NCBI GenBank assembly: GCA_963812015.1
Contig: CAWETI010000003.1
Location: forward strand, 2,048,001 to 2,112,000
Length of the DNA stretch: 64,000 nucleotides
Direction of reading: 5' to 3'
Source: an uncultured delta proteobacterium
GTDB lineage: Bacteria; Desulfobacterota; Desulfobaccia; Desulfobaccales; 0-14-0-80-60-11
Part shown: one piece after another, positions 26,598-37,284 of the stretch
Position numbering within the stretch: position 1 is the stretch's first letter
How the letters are laid out: each line of letters opens with the position of its first letter
The notes under the pieces: generated by a model
The model's database searches: none
The model's input: only the letters and a program-made list of their open reading frames with translations
Told to the model about the DNA's origin: nothing
Made by a program: the position numbers and the translations under genes

Positions 26598-28046
26598 ATG
26601 ACAACCAAGAAAAGCAATCCAGATAGCAACCGAACTGCGAAGAAAACACCTTCACCTGAAAATAAAAAAACATCCACAAAAACTACTAAAAAGGCCACAC
26701 CAGACAAGAGGACACCAACCTCTGACAAGGCAGCCCCAGAGAAGCCAGAGAAAAAAATTGGGTTACAGTTAAACTGGAACCGTGCAATTCATATTGATAC
26801 AAGCATAGATGAAACATTACTAAAGACACTTACTCCATCCATATTGAACCTCAATCAAGAAAGCACAGACCCAATCACGATCGGCATTGATAGTCCTGGA
26901 GGTAGTATCGCAGCCATGCAGTCCCTTTTCGGTTTATTGAAGGCACCCGACCAAGATGGTAATAGGACACAAATATATACCGTATCAACTAATAGGACAT
27001 ATAGTGCTGCTGCCAGTTTGCTCGCTTTTGGAGATTACTCAGTGGCATATCCGCATTCGAAAATTCTCTATCATGATTTGCGCTATTCTGGTATCGAGGA
27101 TGTGACGCCTTCGAAGGCATTACGAACGGCTCGCGAATTAGAAAGAGGTAATATAGAGTTTTCACTGGACCTTGCGAACCAAGTTTGTTGGCGCTTCATT
27201 TGGGTCTATTTGTCTCTAAAAAAGAATTTTGCAATTGATAGAAAACGCTATACTGATTTTGCAAAAAAACAAGACGAAGCTTTTGCAGATGCATTACCAT
27301 CAGACGAAAATCGCACTATTGACATAGTTGGATTTTCTTTATCTTTATTTCGTAAACTATCTAATCCTATTGGTAATGAAATTGCTATAGGAGCGTTACA
27401 TCTTCTCAACAAATGGATGCAAATTGATAAGATCGAGAGGCGACTATTCATTGATAAGGAAGGTAAAGGCGAAACTACGGACTTGATAAAGGGAATTAAT
27501 GATCTAGTAACCGGGATTCGAGCCATGGATTCAAGCAGTCAAGAGTCAGCGCAGTCCCCTGAGCCTACTCAGATTGATGGCCTGAGCGAATCTGCCCGGA
27601 CGGAAATAAAGCTTTTGTTTGAAGTGATCGCAAGACGCTTCGCGACCGAGGGTCATCTTAACCTCAGTTCGGATGTCTTTGATAGTATCATGGAAGAATT
27701 TGCTTTTATAAAAGATATCAATAGCAAAAAACATGTGGATGCTATTACTGATTTGATGATTGATCACGACCATATATTTTTTGGGCGTTCAATTGCCGCA
27801 GAACTAAAGAATGCAAAAGGCGATACTGAGCGTCGTGGGATACTCGATCCCGTATATCCCCAGGCTCGAATGTTTTGGTTTTATATTGTTTCGATCTGTA
27901 GATGTTTATGCATTGGAGAGCACAGGCTTACACCATACGATGCTCAGTTACTTGGTCTTGTAGATGAGGTGTTAGGCGGCGGCTTTATTGAAAGTAGGCG
28001 GGAATGGAGAAAAAAGCAACCAGATTATGTTCAAACCAGGGATTAA
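26598..28046 (+). CDS. AT-rich ClpP-fold serine protease-like protein with large internal insertion
   Basis: IDSPGG, YSAAA, ILYH and distal LTPYDAQLLGLVDEV motifs; SD ggaggg. Confidence 0.7.
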   Translation: MTTKKSNPDSNRTAKKTPSPENKKTSTKTTKKATPDKRTPTSDKAAPEKPEKKIGLQLNWNRAIHIDTSIDETLLKTLTPSILNLNQESTDPITIGIDSPGGSIAAMQSLFGLLKAPDQDGNRTQIYTVSTNRTYSAAASLLAFGDYSVAYPHSKILYHDLRYSGIEDVTPSKALRTARELERGNIEFSLDLANQVCWRFIWVYLSLKKNFAIDRKRYTDFAKKQDEAFADALPSDENRTIDIVGFSLSLFRKLSNPIGNEIAIGALHLLNKWMQIDKIERRLFIDKEGKGETTDLIKGINDLVTGIRAMDSSSQESAQSPEPTQIDGLSESARTEIKLLFEVIARRFATEGHLNLSSDVFDSIMEEFAFIKDINSKKHVDAITDLMIDHDHIFFGRSIAAELKNAKGDTERRGILDPVYPQARMFWFYIVSICRCLCIGEHRLTPYDAQLLGLVDEVLGGGFIESRREWRKKQPDYVQTRD

Positions 28047-28067
28047 TGTTAAGATAGGAAATAGAGA

Positions 28068-29147
28068 ATGCGCAGAAAACACGAAGACTTCCATGACGGG
28101 GCCCAGGATGGCTTGACTCCCCTGGAGCCCCTGGATGTGAATGACATTCAGGATTTTGACGAGTTGCTGGCAGCCATGGGCCGCACCGCGTTTGGCGGCC
28201 GCAGTCTGGGAGAGGCCGCCGAGGTCTTGACCCAGATGGTGCGGGACCCGGAGTGCACCATGGTCGGCACCTTTTCCGGGGCCATGAGCGTCGCCAAGAT
28301 GGGCCTCATGATCTGCGAGATGATCGACCGGGGTTGGCTCCAGGTGATCATTACCACCGGGGCCCTCATCGCCCACGGCTTCATCGAGACCCTGGGCCGG
28401 GTGCACTATAAATACCCGGAGCAGGTGCCGGACCGGCAACTCTTCCAGCAGGGCTACAACCGCATCTATGACACCCTGGAGATGGAAGCCAACCTGGATT
28501 ATGCCGAAGACGTGTTCCGGGCCGTGTTGGAGAGGTTAGACCCTGAGGAGACCTGGTCCTCCGCCAGCCTCTGCCGGGAGTTGGGGAAGTATCTGGCGGA
28601 ACAGAGCGACAACCCCGGAATCTTGCGATCCGCCTATCTGAAGGGGGTGCCGGTATTCATCCCGGCCTTCACCGATTCGGAATTGGGTTTGGACCTGGCG
28701 GGGTTCATGGTGCGGCGGGCTTTGGCGGCCGGCCAGAACATCGGCGAGGCCCTGGGGTCCCTTTCCCTGAAATTCAATCCCTTTCTGGACCTGGGCGCTT
28801 ATGCGCAAAAGGCCCTGGCGGCCCCGAAACTGGGAATTTTTACCGTGGGCGGAGGCGTCCCCCGGAACTGGGCCCAGCAGGTGGCGCCCTATCTGGAACT
28901 GCTGCATAGCCGCCTGAACCTGGATCTACCGGAAGTGCGATTTCACTATGGCGTGCGGCTCTGTCCGGAGCCGGCCCATTGGGGGGGGCTGAGCGGCTGC
29001 ACCTTCAAGGAGGGGGTCTCCTGGGGCAAATTTGTCTCCCCGGAGGATGGCGGCCGTTACGCCGAGGTGCTGTGCGACGCCACCATCGCCTGGCCCCTCC
29101 TCCTGAAGGGCGTCAGCCAGCGTCTTGCCAAAGCGCCACCGGCTTAA
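28068..29147 (+). CDS. Deoxyhypusine synthase-like protein (probable homospermidine synthase)
   Basis: ITTGA, NRIYD, PAFTDS, GGGVPRN, GGLSGCTFKEGVSWGK. Confidence 0.9.
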   Translation: MRRKHEDFHDGAQDGLTPLEPLDVNDIQDFDELLAAMGRTAFGGRSLGEAAEVLTQMVRDPECTMVGTFSGAMSVAKMGLMICEMIDRGWLQVIITTGALIAHGFIETLGRVHYKYPEQVPDRQLFQQGYNRIYDTLEMEANLDYAEDVFRAVLERLDPEETWSSASLCRELGKYLAEQSDNPGILRSAYLKGVPVFIPAFTDSELGLDLAGFMVRRALAAGQNIGEALGSLSLKFNPFLDLGAYAQKALAAPKLGIFTVGGGVPRNWAQQVAPYLELLHSRLNLDLPEVRFHYGVRLCPEPAHWGGLSGCTFKEGVSWGKFVSPEDGGRYAEVLCDATIAWPLLLKGVSQRLAKAPPA

Positions 29148-29167
29148 GCAAAACCCGATACGATCCC

Positions 29168-29293
29168 TCAGGACATACTGGTACCCAGGATCGCGATGCC
29201 GGCGATGACCGCGATGACGATCAGCGCCACCCATATCGCCAGTCTCTCGATGTTGATCCGGGAGCCGCCCTGCAAATACTTTGCGTAGTCCAT
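29168..29293 (-). CDS. 41-aa single-TM small protein, Flp-pilin-like C-terminus (below ORF track cutoff)
   Basis: MDYAKYLQGGSRINIERLAIWVALIVIAVIAGIAILGTSMS; SD-like gaggg; GC-rich third positions. Confidence 0.6.
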   Translation of the reverse strand: MDYAKYLQGGSRINIERLAIWVALIVIAVIAGIAILGTSMS

Positions 29294-29678
29294 GGCCCAC
29301 CCTCTTGGTGTGGTTTTCCTTTTCCCTCACCATAGTGCCGTCGCTTGAGCCTGACAATAAGGATTTCCCTGATTTTGTAGGGCAAGAATCCTGAATTTTT
29401 CCCAGGGCTTCAAGAGATGGGCCGGCGCGCTTAACCTCGAAATCTCAGGAAAAGCCATCGCCGGGGGCAGGGGGCAAACAGCTGCACGAGGCGCAACTGC
29501 AGAGTTTTTCTTCCTTGATGGTGTGGTAGTAGGATAGGCGCAAGGCCTGGCGGCGCAGGTCGGTCATAATGAGCGGTTAGCCGTCAGCTTTCAGCAAAAA
29601 CCTCGAGGTGGTGAAGTGCAGGGTGCTCACGGCTCAGCTTGCCGGTCTCGATCAACTGCTGGGGATGAGGTCGGCAGA

Positions 29679-30437
29679 TTATTTCCCTCCCGGAAAAATA
29701 AACTTTTTCAGCCGGTCGAAATATGTCCTGCCCCCCACCACATAGGTGTCATTGTGGTGGGCCCCGGGGATGATGTAGAGATCCTTGGGGGAGTTGGCCG
29801 CGGCAAAAAGGCGCCGGCCCATGGCCACGGGGATGATCTCGTCGTCGGCGCCGTGGATGATGAGCACCGGCACCTTAACTTGATCAATTTTGCCCAGGTT
29901 GTCATAGGGGACCCGGGGGCGCCAGTCGAACAGAAAGGGGGCGAGCATTTTGGCCATGCCCGAGGAGTTGGTGAAGGCCGACTCCAGGATCAACCCCCGG
30001 CAGGGCTTTTGTATGGCCAGGTCCGTGGCCAGGGCGGTGCCCAGGGAGCGGCCGAACAGGATGATCTCTGCTGCCGGTATTTGCCGGGTCTCGGCCACGC
30101 AGCGGTAGGCCGCGGCCGCATCCCTGAAGGTGCCCTCCCGGCTGATGCGACCCTGGGAGCGGCCGTACTCCCGGTAGTCGAAAATAAAGACCTGGACCCC
30201 CACCAGATCATGGAGCAGTTTGATATTTTCCAGGCGGTGGCTGATGTTGCCGGCGTTGCCGTGGAACCACACGAAAACCGGGGCCCCGGCCCGGGGCACA
30301 AACCAGCCGTGGAGCTTCACGCCGTCGGCGGACTCAAAGAAAACGTCCTCGTATGTTAGGCCGAAATCCGCTGGGGTGCCGACGAGGACAGGGTCGGGGA
30401 AAAAGACGATCCCCTTTTCGGAAAACTCCAGGATCAT
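29679..30437 (-). CDS. Alpha/beta hydrolase (ABHD13/BEM46-like)
   Basis: HGNAGN, DYREYG, GRSLG, HGADDEII, AHHND. Confidence 0.9.
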   Translation of the reverse strand: MILEFSEKGIVFFPDPVLVGTPADFGLTYEDVFFESADGVKLHGWFVPRAGAPVFVWFHGNAGNISHRLENIKLLHDLVGVQVFIFDYREYGRSQGRISREGTFRDAAAAYRCVAETRQIPAAEIILFGRSLGTALATDLAIQKPCRGLILESAFTNSSGMAKMLAPFLFDWRPRVPYDNLGKIDQVKVPVLIIHGADDEIIPVAMGRRLFAAANSPKDLYIIPGAHHNDTYVVGGRTYFDRLKKFIFPGGK

Positions 30438-30629
30438 GGCGGTCTCGTGTGCTCGACGCGGGGTTACTGCCCGGCTGCCCCGGGCCGGGTCAGGCTGAGC
30501 CTGCTGCATATTCTTTGGAATTGTGGAGGATAATACCAGGTTGCACGCTAAAAGTAACTCCTGGTAACGCAGGCTGGAGCCGGCGCCGGCGAGAGGCCCG
30601 GCCACCGGGAAAAACCGCCCCATTGGACT

Positions 30630-30765
30630 CTAGGGGCGGTTCGCGAACCGCCCCTCCATAAAAAATATAAGGGATTGGGAGAGTTCTTTGTAAGGGTAAG
30701 GGCAGGGGCCGCCCTTACGGAAAATACGAAATACGAAAAGCCCTTGGCCCCCTCTCCCAACTCCA
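30630..30765. repeat. GTAG REP copy (30630-30657) plus degenerate family B-like palindrome
   Basis: taggggcggttcgcgaaccgcccct; ttgggagag...ctctcccaa arms. Confidence 0.7.
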
Positions 30766-30771
30766 CTTATC

Positions 30772-31449
30772 TCACGGCTTGCAGCTCCGGCAGGGGCTAT
30801 AGCCCAGGAGGTAGGCCTCTTTCAGCGACGTGAAGCGCACCCGGTTGGCCGAGGCCATCTGGGCGCCCTGGGGACACTTGGGCCGGTGCAGACGCAAGGT
30901 AGTGCGGTTTCCCAGGTAGGAAGGCTCATCCTGCTTGAGCAGTTTCTGCCACACCCCCCGCTGGGCCTCGATGGCCTCCCGTTGGGCCGCCAGCAGGTCC
31001 TCCCGGTAGCGCAGGTTGGGAGCAATGAAATAGACCCGGGCCAGGCCCCGCCGCACCAGCTCGGCGTTCACCAGGGTGCGGTCCGGCAGCCTAAGGTAGG
31101 CCAGGAGGCGCCCGTAGTGATCATAGCGCACCTGGTCGTACTCCAGGCTGATCATGCGGTTGAGGGTCAGGTCGGTGAGAACCGCTTTGGCCTGGTGGGC
31201 CAGGAAATCCGCCGGCTGCCCGTCCCGCTCCATCTCCGGGGCATCGATACCCAGCACCCGAACCTTGATGGCGCCCACCAGCACCAGGGTGTCCCCGTCA
31301 ATGACCCGCACCACCATAGCTTCCTGAGGCGGCCGGAAGCGTTCCTCCCCGCAGGCGCCCAGCAGCAGACTGCACGCGGCCAGGAGCATCAGGTTAGAAA
31401 TTAAGGCTCGCCACCACGGGGAGGTTTTCCTGTTTGAGTCTTGCCGCAA
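30772..31449 (-). CDS. Thermonuclease (SNase) lipoprotein with C-terminal Ada-like metal-binding domain
   Basis: LGAC lipobox; [26 protein letters not shown]...PCRSC; start uncertain. Confidence 0.88.
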   Translation of the reverse strand: MRQDSNRKTSPWWRALISNLMLLAACSLLLGACGEERFRPPQEAMVVRVIDGDTLVLVGAIKVRVLGIDAPEMERDGQPADFLAHQAKAVLTDLTLNRMISLEYDQVRYDHYGRLLAYLRLPDRTLVNAELVRRGLARVYFIAPNLRYREDLLAAQREAIEAQRGVWQKLLKQDEPSYLGNRTTLRLHRPKCPQGAQMASANRVRFTSLKEAYLLGYSPCRSCKP

Positions 31450-32362
31450 AGTAGGGAATGGTCTCCTTCAGACCGGCTTCCAGGGGCACGGTGGGCTGCC
31501 AGTCCAGCAACTCCCGGGCCCGGGTGATGTCAGGGCGACGCCGCCCCGGATCGTCCGGCGGTAGGGGCCGGTGGATAATGGCCGCCTGGGTGTTGATCAA
31601 ACTCAGGACCTTTTGGGCCACTTCCATGATGGTGTATTCCCCGGGGTTGCCCAGGTTGACGGGATCGGACACGCCGTCTCGATTCATCAGGCGGATCAGC
31701 CCTTCCACCAGGTCGGACACATAGCAGAACGACCGGGTCTGCTGCCCTTCCCCATAGATGGTGATGTCTTTCCCGGTGAGGGCCTGAACGATGAAATTGC
31801 TGATCACCCGGCCGTCTTCCAGGGCCATCCGGGGACCGAAGGTGTTGAAGATCCGGGCGATCCGGGTGTCCACCCCATTCTGGCGGTGATAGTCCATCAT
31901 CAGGGTTTCCGCCACCCGTTTGCCTTCATCATAGCAACTCCGTATACCGATGGGGTTGACGTTTCCCCAATAGCCCTCCGGCTGGGGATGAACCTGGGGG
32001 TCGCCATAGATCTCCGAGGTGGACGCCAGGAGGATGCGGGCCTTGACCCGCTTGGCCAGACCCAACATGTTCAGCGTCCCCAAGACGTTGGTCTTGATGG
32101 TCTTCACCGGGTTGTATTGATAGTGCACCGGTGAGGCCGGACAGGCCAGGTGGTAGACCTGGTCGACCTCCAGCATGATGGGGTTCACCACGTCGTGGCG
32201 GATCATTTCCAGCCGGGGATGGTCCCGCAGGTGGAGCAGGTTGGCCTTGGAGCCGGTAAAATAATTATCCAGGCAAAGAATCTCATGATCCTGGTTCAGC
32301 AGGCGCTCCACCAGATGGGAGCCGATGAACCCCGCCCCTCCGGTGATCAAGATGCGGGCCAT
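31394..32362 (-). CDS. UDP-glucuronate decarboxylase family SDR
   Basis: [36 protein letters not shown]. Confidence 0.93.
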   Translation of the reverse strand: MARILITGGAGFIGSHLVERLLNQDHEILCLDNYFTGSKANLLHLRDHPRLEMIRHDVVNPIMLEVDQVYHLACPASPVHYQYNPVKTIKTNVLGTLNMLGLAKRVKARILLASTSEIYGDPQVHPQPEGYWGNVNPIGIRSCYDEGKRVAETLMMDYHRQNGVDTRIARIFNTFGPRMALEDGRVISNFIVQALTGKDITIYGEGQQTRSFCYVSDLVEGLIRLMNRDGVSDPVNLGNPGEYTIMEVAQKVLSLINTQAAIIHRPLPPDDPGRRRPDITRARELLDWQPTVPLEAGLKETIPYFAARLKQENLPVVASLNF

Positions 32363-32666
32363 GCACATTTCTCCTTTCAAGTCGCAACGTCGTGCCATTG
32401 TAACCGGGTTTAGCCCTGAGGTAAATTCCCCGGGCACATTTTTCCCTTTTCCGGGGATTGACCAAACTGGGGGCATGCAGGCCTCCCAGGATCTGCTGTG
32501 GGGGATGGATCGGCGCCGGCGGGCAGGCGAGGCCGCATTTAGCCGTTGCCACCGGAGAGTTTATCCCTTAAACTGGGGTTAATCCGCTTCGGGGGCCTGG
32601 GTCACCCGGCAAGGCGGCCTGGACCAGAGCCCTCCCGAAGACCAATTTCCCCCAGAGGTTACGCTT

Positions 32667-33239
32667 ATGCATACGTCACCCGGCTTGCCGCAACCCTCGG
32701 CGCCTGGCGGTGGACGCCGTATCGGCGCCCTGCTCATGGCATTGTTGTTCCTGTCCGCCTGCGCCCCCTCCAACCAAGCGGAAGAGGAACTCCGCAAGGA
32801 GATGCAGGCGCTCAAGGCCCAAGTGGCCGCCATGCAGGAAAAGCTCAACCAGGTCCAGACCGGGCAGCAGGCCATTTTAGACCAGCTGAAGCAGCCGGCC
32901 CTCGTGGCGGCGCCCCTGGCCCTGCCGGGCCAGCCCCCGGCCACCGCCACTCTGAGCGTGGCCCAACTCCTGGCCAGCAAGGACCGCTACCTGGGCGCTC
33001 GAGTGAAGGTCCTGGGCGCGGTGGGGCCGGTCATGGTCCATCATAAATCTCTCATGCTCAAGTCGCCCCAGGGCATGATTGAGGTGCTGTTCGGGAACCT
33101 TCCTGACCCGAAGCTCGTCCAGACCCTCTCTTCCACCCCCCTGGATAAACCCCTCACCGTAACGGGAGTGGTAAAACTGGGACCGGCCCGGGGAGCGGCG
33201 AGCCAGCTCCAGATCGACGCTGAGGCTGTGGAATTCTGA
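32667..33239 (+). CDS. Lipoprotein with coiled coil and probable OB-fold
   Basis: LSAC lipobox; heptad-rich segment; beta-rich C-terminus. Confidence 0.65.
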   Translation: MHTSPGLPQPSAPGGGRRIGALLMALLFLSACAPSNQAEEELRKEMQALKAQVAAMQEKLNQVQTGQQAILDQLKQPALVAAPLALPGQPPATATLSVAQLLASKDRYLGARVKVLGAVGPVMVHHKSLMLKSPQGMIEVLFGNLPDPKLVQTLSSTPLDKPLTVTGVVKLGPARGAASQLQIDAEAVEF

Positions 33240-33274
33240 AGCTCGCCCAGCCTTGCAGCCCGACCTGGCGCACC

Positions 33275-34675
33275 GTGGGCCGGCGCCTGGTGGCCAAAAA
33301 GCCGGTGCACCCCGGTGCGGCCCCCGGGGTCGGCGCCCCCGCCCTGAGCCGCAGCCTCACCCGCCTTGACCTCATGGTCATCGGGGTGGCCCAGATCATC
33401 GGCGCCGGCATCTTCGTCATTTCCGGGGTGGGGGTGAAGATCGCCGGCCCGGGCCTCATCCTCTCCTTCCTTCTGGCTGGGGGGGCCTGCACCCTGGCGG
33501 CCCTGTGCTATGCCGAACTGGCCTCCATAATGCCCCAGGCGGGCAGCGCCTACTCTTACGCCTACGGGATTTTCGGGGAACTGGCCGCCTGGATCATCGG
33601 CTGGGACCTGATCCTGGAGTACGGCATGGGCGCCGCCACCGTGGCCGCGGGCTGGTCCTTCTACCTCCAGGACCTCCTTAAGGCCTCCGGCCTGGCCCTG
33701 CCCCACTGGGCCACCGGCCCGCCCTTCACCGAGCCGGGGCGCGTCATCAACCTCCCCGCCGCCCTGGTGGTCATGGGTTTCGCGGTGCTGTTGATCTTCC
33801 GCACCCGCTTCAATGCCCTCATCGCCCGGGGCCTGGTCCTTGTTAAGCTAGGGGTCATCGCTTTTATCCTGGCCCTGGGGGTTTTTTATATAAGGCCGGC
33901 TAACTGGACGCCCCTTATCCCCCATGGCGCCGGCAGCATCATCCAGGCCGCCTCTCTGGTGTTTTTCGCCTTCCTGGGCTTCGACGTCGTGGCCATCACC
34001 GCCGAGGAGTCTCGGAGGCCGGACCGGGACGTACCCTTCGGCATCATCGGTTCTCTCACCCTGTGCAGCCTCATCTATCTGGCGGTGGCTCTGGTCCTGG
34101 TGGGGATGGTGTCCTACACCCGGATCAACCCGGACGCCCCCTTCTCCACGGTCTTCCGGCAGGTGGGCCTGCCTTGGGCCGCGGACCTGGTGGGCTTAGG
34201 AGCCATCATCGGCATCACCAGCGTGCTCTATATGCTGCTGTTGGCCCAACCCCGGGTGCTTTTCGCCATGGCCCGGGACGGCCTGCTGCCGCCGGTGGTT
34301 GGGGTGCTCCATCCCCGCTACCACACCCCCCACCGCATGACCCTGCTCTGCGGCGCGGCCGTGGCCCTGGTGGGGTCCCTGACCCCCATCGCCAAGCTGG
34401 CCTTTCTCTGCAACATCGGCACCCTCTTCGCCTTCTTCTTGGTCTGCCTGGGGGTACTGGTGCTGAGGGTCACCCACCCTACCCTGCCCCGCCCCTTCCG
34501 GTGCCCCGCCGGCAAACTGGTGGCCGCGGCCGGCGCCCTGATCTGCCTGGCCCTGATGCTCTCCATGCCGGAAGGCTCCTGGCTGCGTCTGGTCCTGTGG
34601 CTGATATTGGGGCTGGCGGTCTACTTCCTTTACGCCTGGCGCTCCGGACGGTTTACGGCTGCTGCAGGAGAATAA
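33275..34675 (+). CDS. APC-family amino acid permease
   Basis: IIGAGIF, CYAELAS, GSAYSY, GWDLILEY, FFAFLGFD, RPFRCP. Confidence 0.93.
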   Translation: MGRRLVAKKPVHPGAAPGVGAPALSRSLTRLDLMVIGVAQIIGAGIFVISGVGVKIAGPGLILSFLLAGGACTLAALCYAELASIMPQAGSAYSYAYGIFGELAAWIIGWDLILEYGMGAATVAAGWSFYLQDLLKASGLALPHWATGPPFTEPGRVINLPAALVVMGFAVLLIFRTRFNALIARGLVLVKLGVIAFILALGVFYIRPANWTPLIPHGAGSIIQAASLVFFAFLGFDVVAITAEESRRPDRDVPFGIIGSLTLCSLIYLAVALVLVGMVSYTRINPDAPFSTVFRQVGLPWAADLVGLGAIIGITSVLYMLLLAQPRVLFAMARDGLLPPVVGVLHPRYHTPHRMTLLCGAAVALVGSLTPIAKLAFLCNIGTLFAFFLVCLGVLVLRVTHPTLPRPFRCPAGKLVAAAGALICLALMLSMPEGSWLRLVLWLILGLAVYFLYAWRSGRFTAAAGE

Positions 34676-34798
34676 TTTGTAAGTGGCCCCGGCTGCCTCC
34701 TGGCAATCCCGGGGCTTGACTGACCGGTAATACATAAAGATTTAGGCTGACCGTCATTGAATCGATATCAGATTAAATCTGACCTTGAAGGCCAAAAA

Positions 34799-36055
34799 TT
34801 AACCTGCCGGAGAAGATCTATCCGGTATGGCGCGATAAATCACCAAGCCAAACATTGCCAGCAAATAAAGGAGGCTTAACTGTAGCCCCGGCAACCATAT
34901 CGATAAAAAAGTCGCCATCCAACAAATGGCCAGAATTCTTTGTCCCGTCCGTCTCCCCGTTGAGACCTCCTCCCACCCTAACCAGGCAAAAGGAAGGGCA
35001 ATTAATGCTAAGTCATATTCAAAGGCAAACGGGGCGGTTAAAAAAATGGCTAACGTTAGACTTGAAGCTCGCAAAGGTAATGATACCCCCCTCCACCATA
35101 TCCAGGCCACTACCCCCATTGCTGCCAGGGCTATCGCTCCTTGCAAAACTTCCGTCATGGGCAATCCGGCCCCCAGGAAGCGGGCGCCAGCAAATATGGT
35201 CGGCATATTACTCCAATATTCTTTATGATACTTCAGCACCTCTGTAGCATAAGGAATGTTATGGAAAAATGCCTTCCAGGTAGCAATACCAAATACTATG
35301 AGGCTGATAAGAGCTAAACTGATAGCGCTTACTACAGCTCCAATCAAGGCTCGCCAGTTGCGCCCAGCCAAAAGGGCTACGGGTAGTAAAATCGCCAGTT
35401 GCGGTTTATAGCTGAGTACTCCTAATAACAATCCTCCCATAAAAGGGCGGGAGTCCAACAACAGCAAACCTCCCCCCAAAAGCATAGTCGATAAAAAACC
35501 ATTCTGCCCATAGAAGAGGTTATTAATTGCGGGGGGGAAGGCCAGGAACAACCAAGGGGTAAGACGATGGGGAGCTATGCGCCGAACCATCCACAGATAG
35601 CCATATAATGTCGATAAAATCCATAGTCCAAATGAAATACAATAGGGAAAGAGCGATAGAGGGATAACTATGATCAAGAAGGATGGCGGATAGTGCCAGG
35701 GACGTAATCCAACGTCAGCCCCTATAACTAATTTCTCCAGGACGTGTATCTTGGCAATTGAGTAAATTCCGGCCGGATCGCCCTGCAAGGCTAACTTGGA
35801 TGCGGCATAGAACGCCACGAAATCCGAACCGAGAGGCTTGCCCATCAGGTCGGTGAAGCCAGGTTTGGTCAGCAGGCCGGCTATGATCCAATAACAGCCA
35901 TACAGAAGGTATGGATATCCTCCCAAAAATGAGACAACCACGAACAAATATCTACTATACAGGTAGATTCGCTCTGATTCTGGCACCTTCAATCCAGCCA
36001 AGCAATCCACTTTTATGGACTTGACCAACTGCTTAATTTTCCCGGTCCCCTTCAT
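34799..36055 (-). CDS. Glycosyltransferase family 87 (DUF2029) membrane protein, lower GC
   Basis: GSDFVAFY, YPP, GQNG, YKPQL, YDL motifs. Confidence 0.85.
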   Translation of the reverse strand: MKGTGKIKQLVKSIKVDCLAGLKVPESERIYLYSRYLFVVVSFLGGYPYLLYGCYWIIAGLLTKPGFTDLMGKPLGSDFVAFYAASKLALQGDPAGIYSIAKIHVLEKLVIGADVGLRPWHYPPSFLIIVIPLSLFPYCISFGLWILSTLYGYLWMVRRIAPHRLTPWLFLAFPPAINNLFYGQNGFLSTMLLGGGLLLLDSRPFMGGLLLGVLSYKPQLAILLPVALLAGRNWRALIGAVVSAISLALISLIVFGIATWKAFFHNIPYATEVLKYHKEYWSNMPTIFAGARFLGAGLPMTEVLQGAIALAAMGVVAWIWWRGVSLPLRASSLTLAIFLTAPFAFEYDLALIALPFAWLGWEEVSTGRRTGQRILAICWMATFLSIWLPGLQLSLLYLLAMFGLVIYRAIPDRSSPAG

Positions 36056-36263
36056 ATGGCCATGTGCGATTTTTGCCGAGTTTCGCCGGCAGATTCAGGC
36101 TACTGCAAGATGGAGCCAGGCGAGATCGGCGGAATGGATAATTACCGGTCAAATTAATCACGGGTAAGATTGCGAATATGACCTGTTTCCACCAGGTAAT
36201 GGGCGTCATCCAAAGGCGCCCCCCTGGGTGCGGGGCGCCCTGGTCAATCGGTGACGCCAAAAC

Positions 36264-36866
36264 TCACATCGCACTGGGTTGAGCGGGAGCTTTGGTTGGG
36301 GATTTCTCCTCCTTGGGAGCCTCTTTGGGGGCCGGAGCCCGGCGGCGCGGGGCCGGTTTGGATGAATCCACCGGAGCGGCAGACAGGTATCGGGGCGGAA
36401 CATAGCCGATCAGGTTACTCTGTAGGTCCCGCACCTGGGCCCAACCGCTGGTGCCCACTCCCAGCATTTCCACCGCATCATTGAAATGCAGCATCGTGAG
36501 GACGTTGGCCTCCGGTCTGGGTTTGTCCCGGAGGGGAAGACTGCCAATATTGACATGGTAAGGAGGCTCAGTTTTGGCGCTCAGATCAGGACTGTAACTG
36601 AGCCAATTATTGGGTATCCAGCCCATTCCCGACTGCTCCGCCAGGCGTACCTTGGACCAGCCGTTATCCGTCCGCTCCAGGATGTCCACCTTATCGCCCT
36701 GATAAACCGTAAGTAACACCGCGCACCCGGCAGAAGGGCATTCCCGCAAGGGCGCCGAGGTCGGGATTATGTAGTAATAGCCGGAATAAGCCTGTACCAG
36801 GGAAGTGGCCAGCAACAACATCAGCGGGATCAGCAACACGGGGATAATAACTTTCCTCAGCCTCAT
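36264..36866 (-). CDS. Secreted tandem SH3b domain protein
   Basis: Signal peptide; two LR..P...GW.VR....GW/GY repeats; Pro/Lys tail. Confidence 0.8.
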   Translation of the reverse strand: MRLRKVIIPVLLIPLMLLLATSLVQAYSGYYYIIPTSAPLRECPSAGCAVLLTVYQGDKVDILERTDNGWSKVRLAEQSGMGWIPNNWLSYSPDLSAKTEPPYHVNIGSLPLRDKPRPEANVLTMLHFNDAVEMLGVGTSGWAQVRDLQSNLIGYVPPRYLSAAPVDSSKPAPRRRAPAPKEAPKEEKSPTKAPAQPSAM

Positions 36867-37284
36867 GAATCCTCCTCCTGTTCCTCCCCAGCTCCTGCTT
36901 GCCTGGGGCGCTTCTGGGCCTTCAAGGTGGCGAACATGAAATTCATTAGGAATGGACACGTTAGTATGAGGGTAGGTGCGACGATCCATGGTAACGACCT
37001 CGGCGGTGATGCCAGAGTTTGCTCTAGAGCATACCACTATCGGCTAATTTTTAACAATGCCAAAGAGTTGAAGATACGATCTTCATATCTTAAACGGGCA
37101 GTGGTGAGGGAGAGAATTCCCTGAGATGGGAAGAGCCGATGGGGGGATCGTCGGCGGAGCACCAACCGGGGAAACTCCTGTCTTCCGGCCGAGTTAGGTG
37201 AAAGTGCCAAAGGAGGGGGTATTGAGGTTGGATCAGCTTATACCAGACCCCGGCTGGGATTATCTCATCATACCTTGACGATGA

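Noticed and set aside
37040..37270. Riboswitch or sRNA between the SH3 gene and pyrE
   Set aside because: A few short hairpins, but no recognisable consensus
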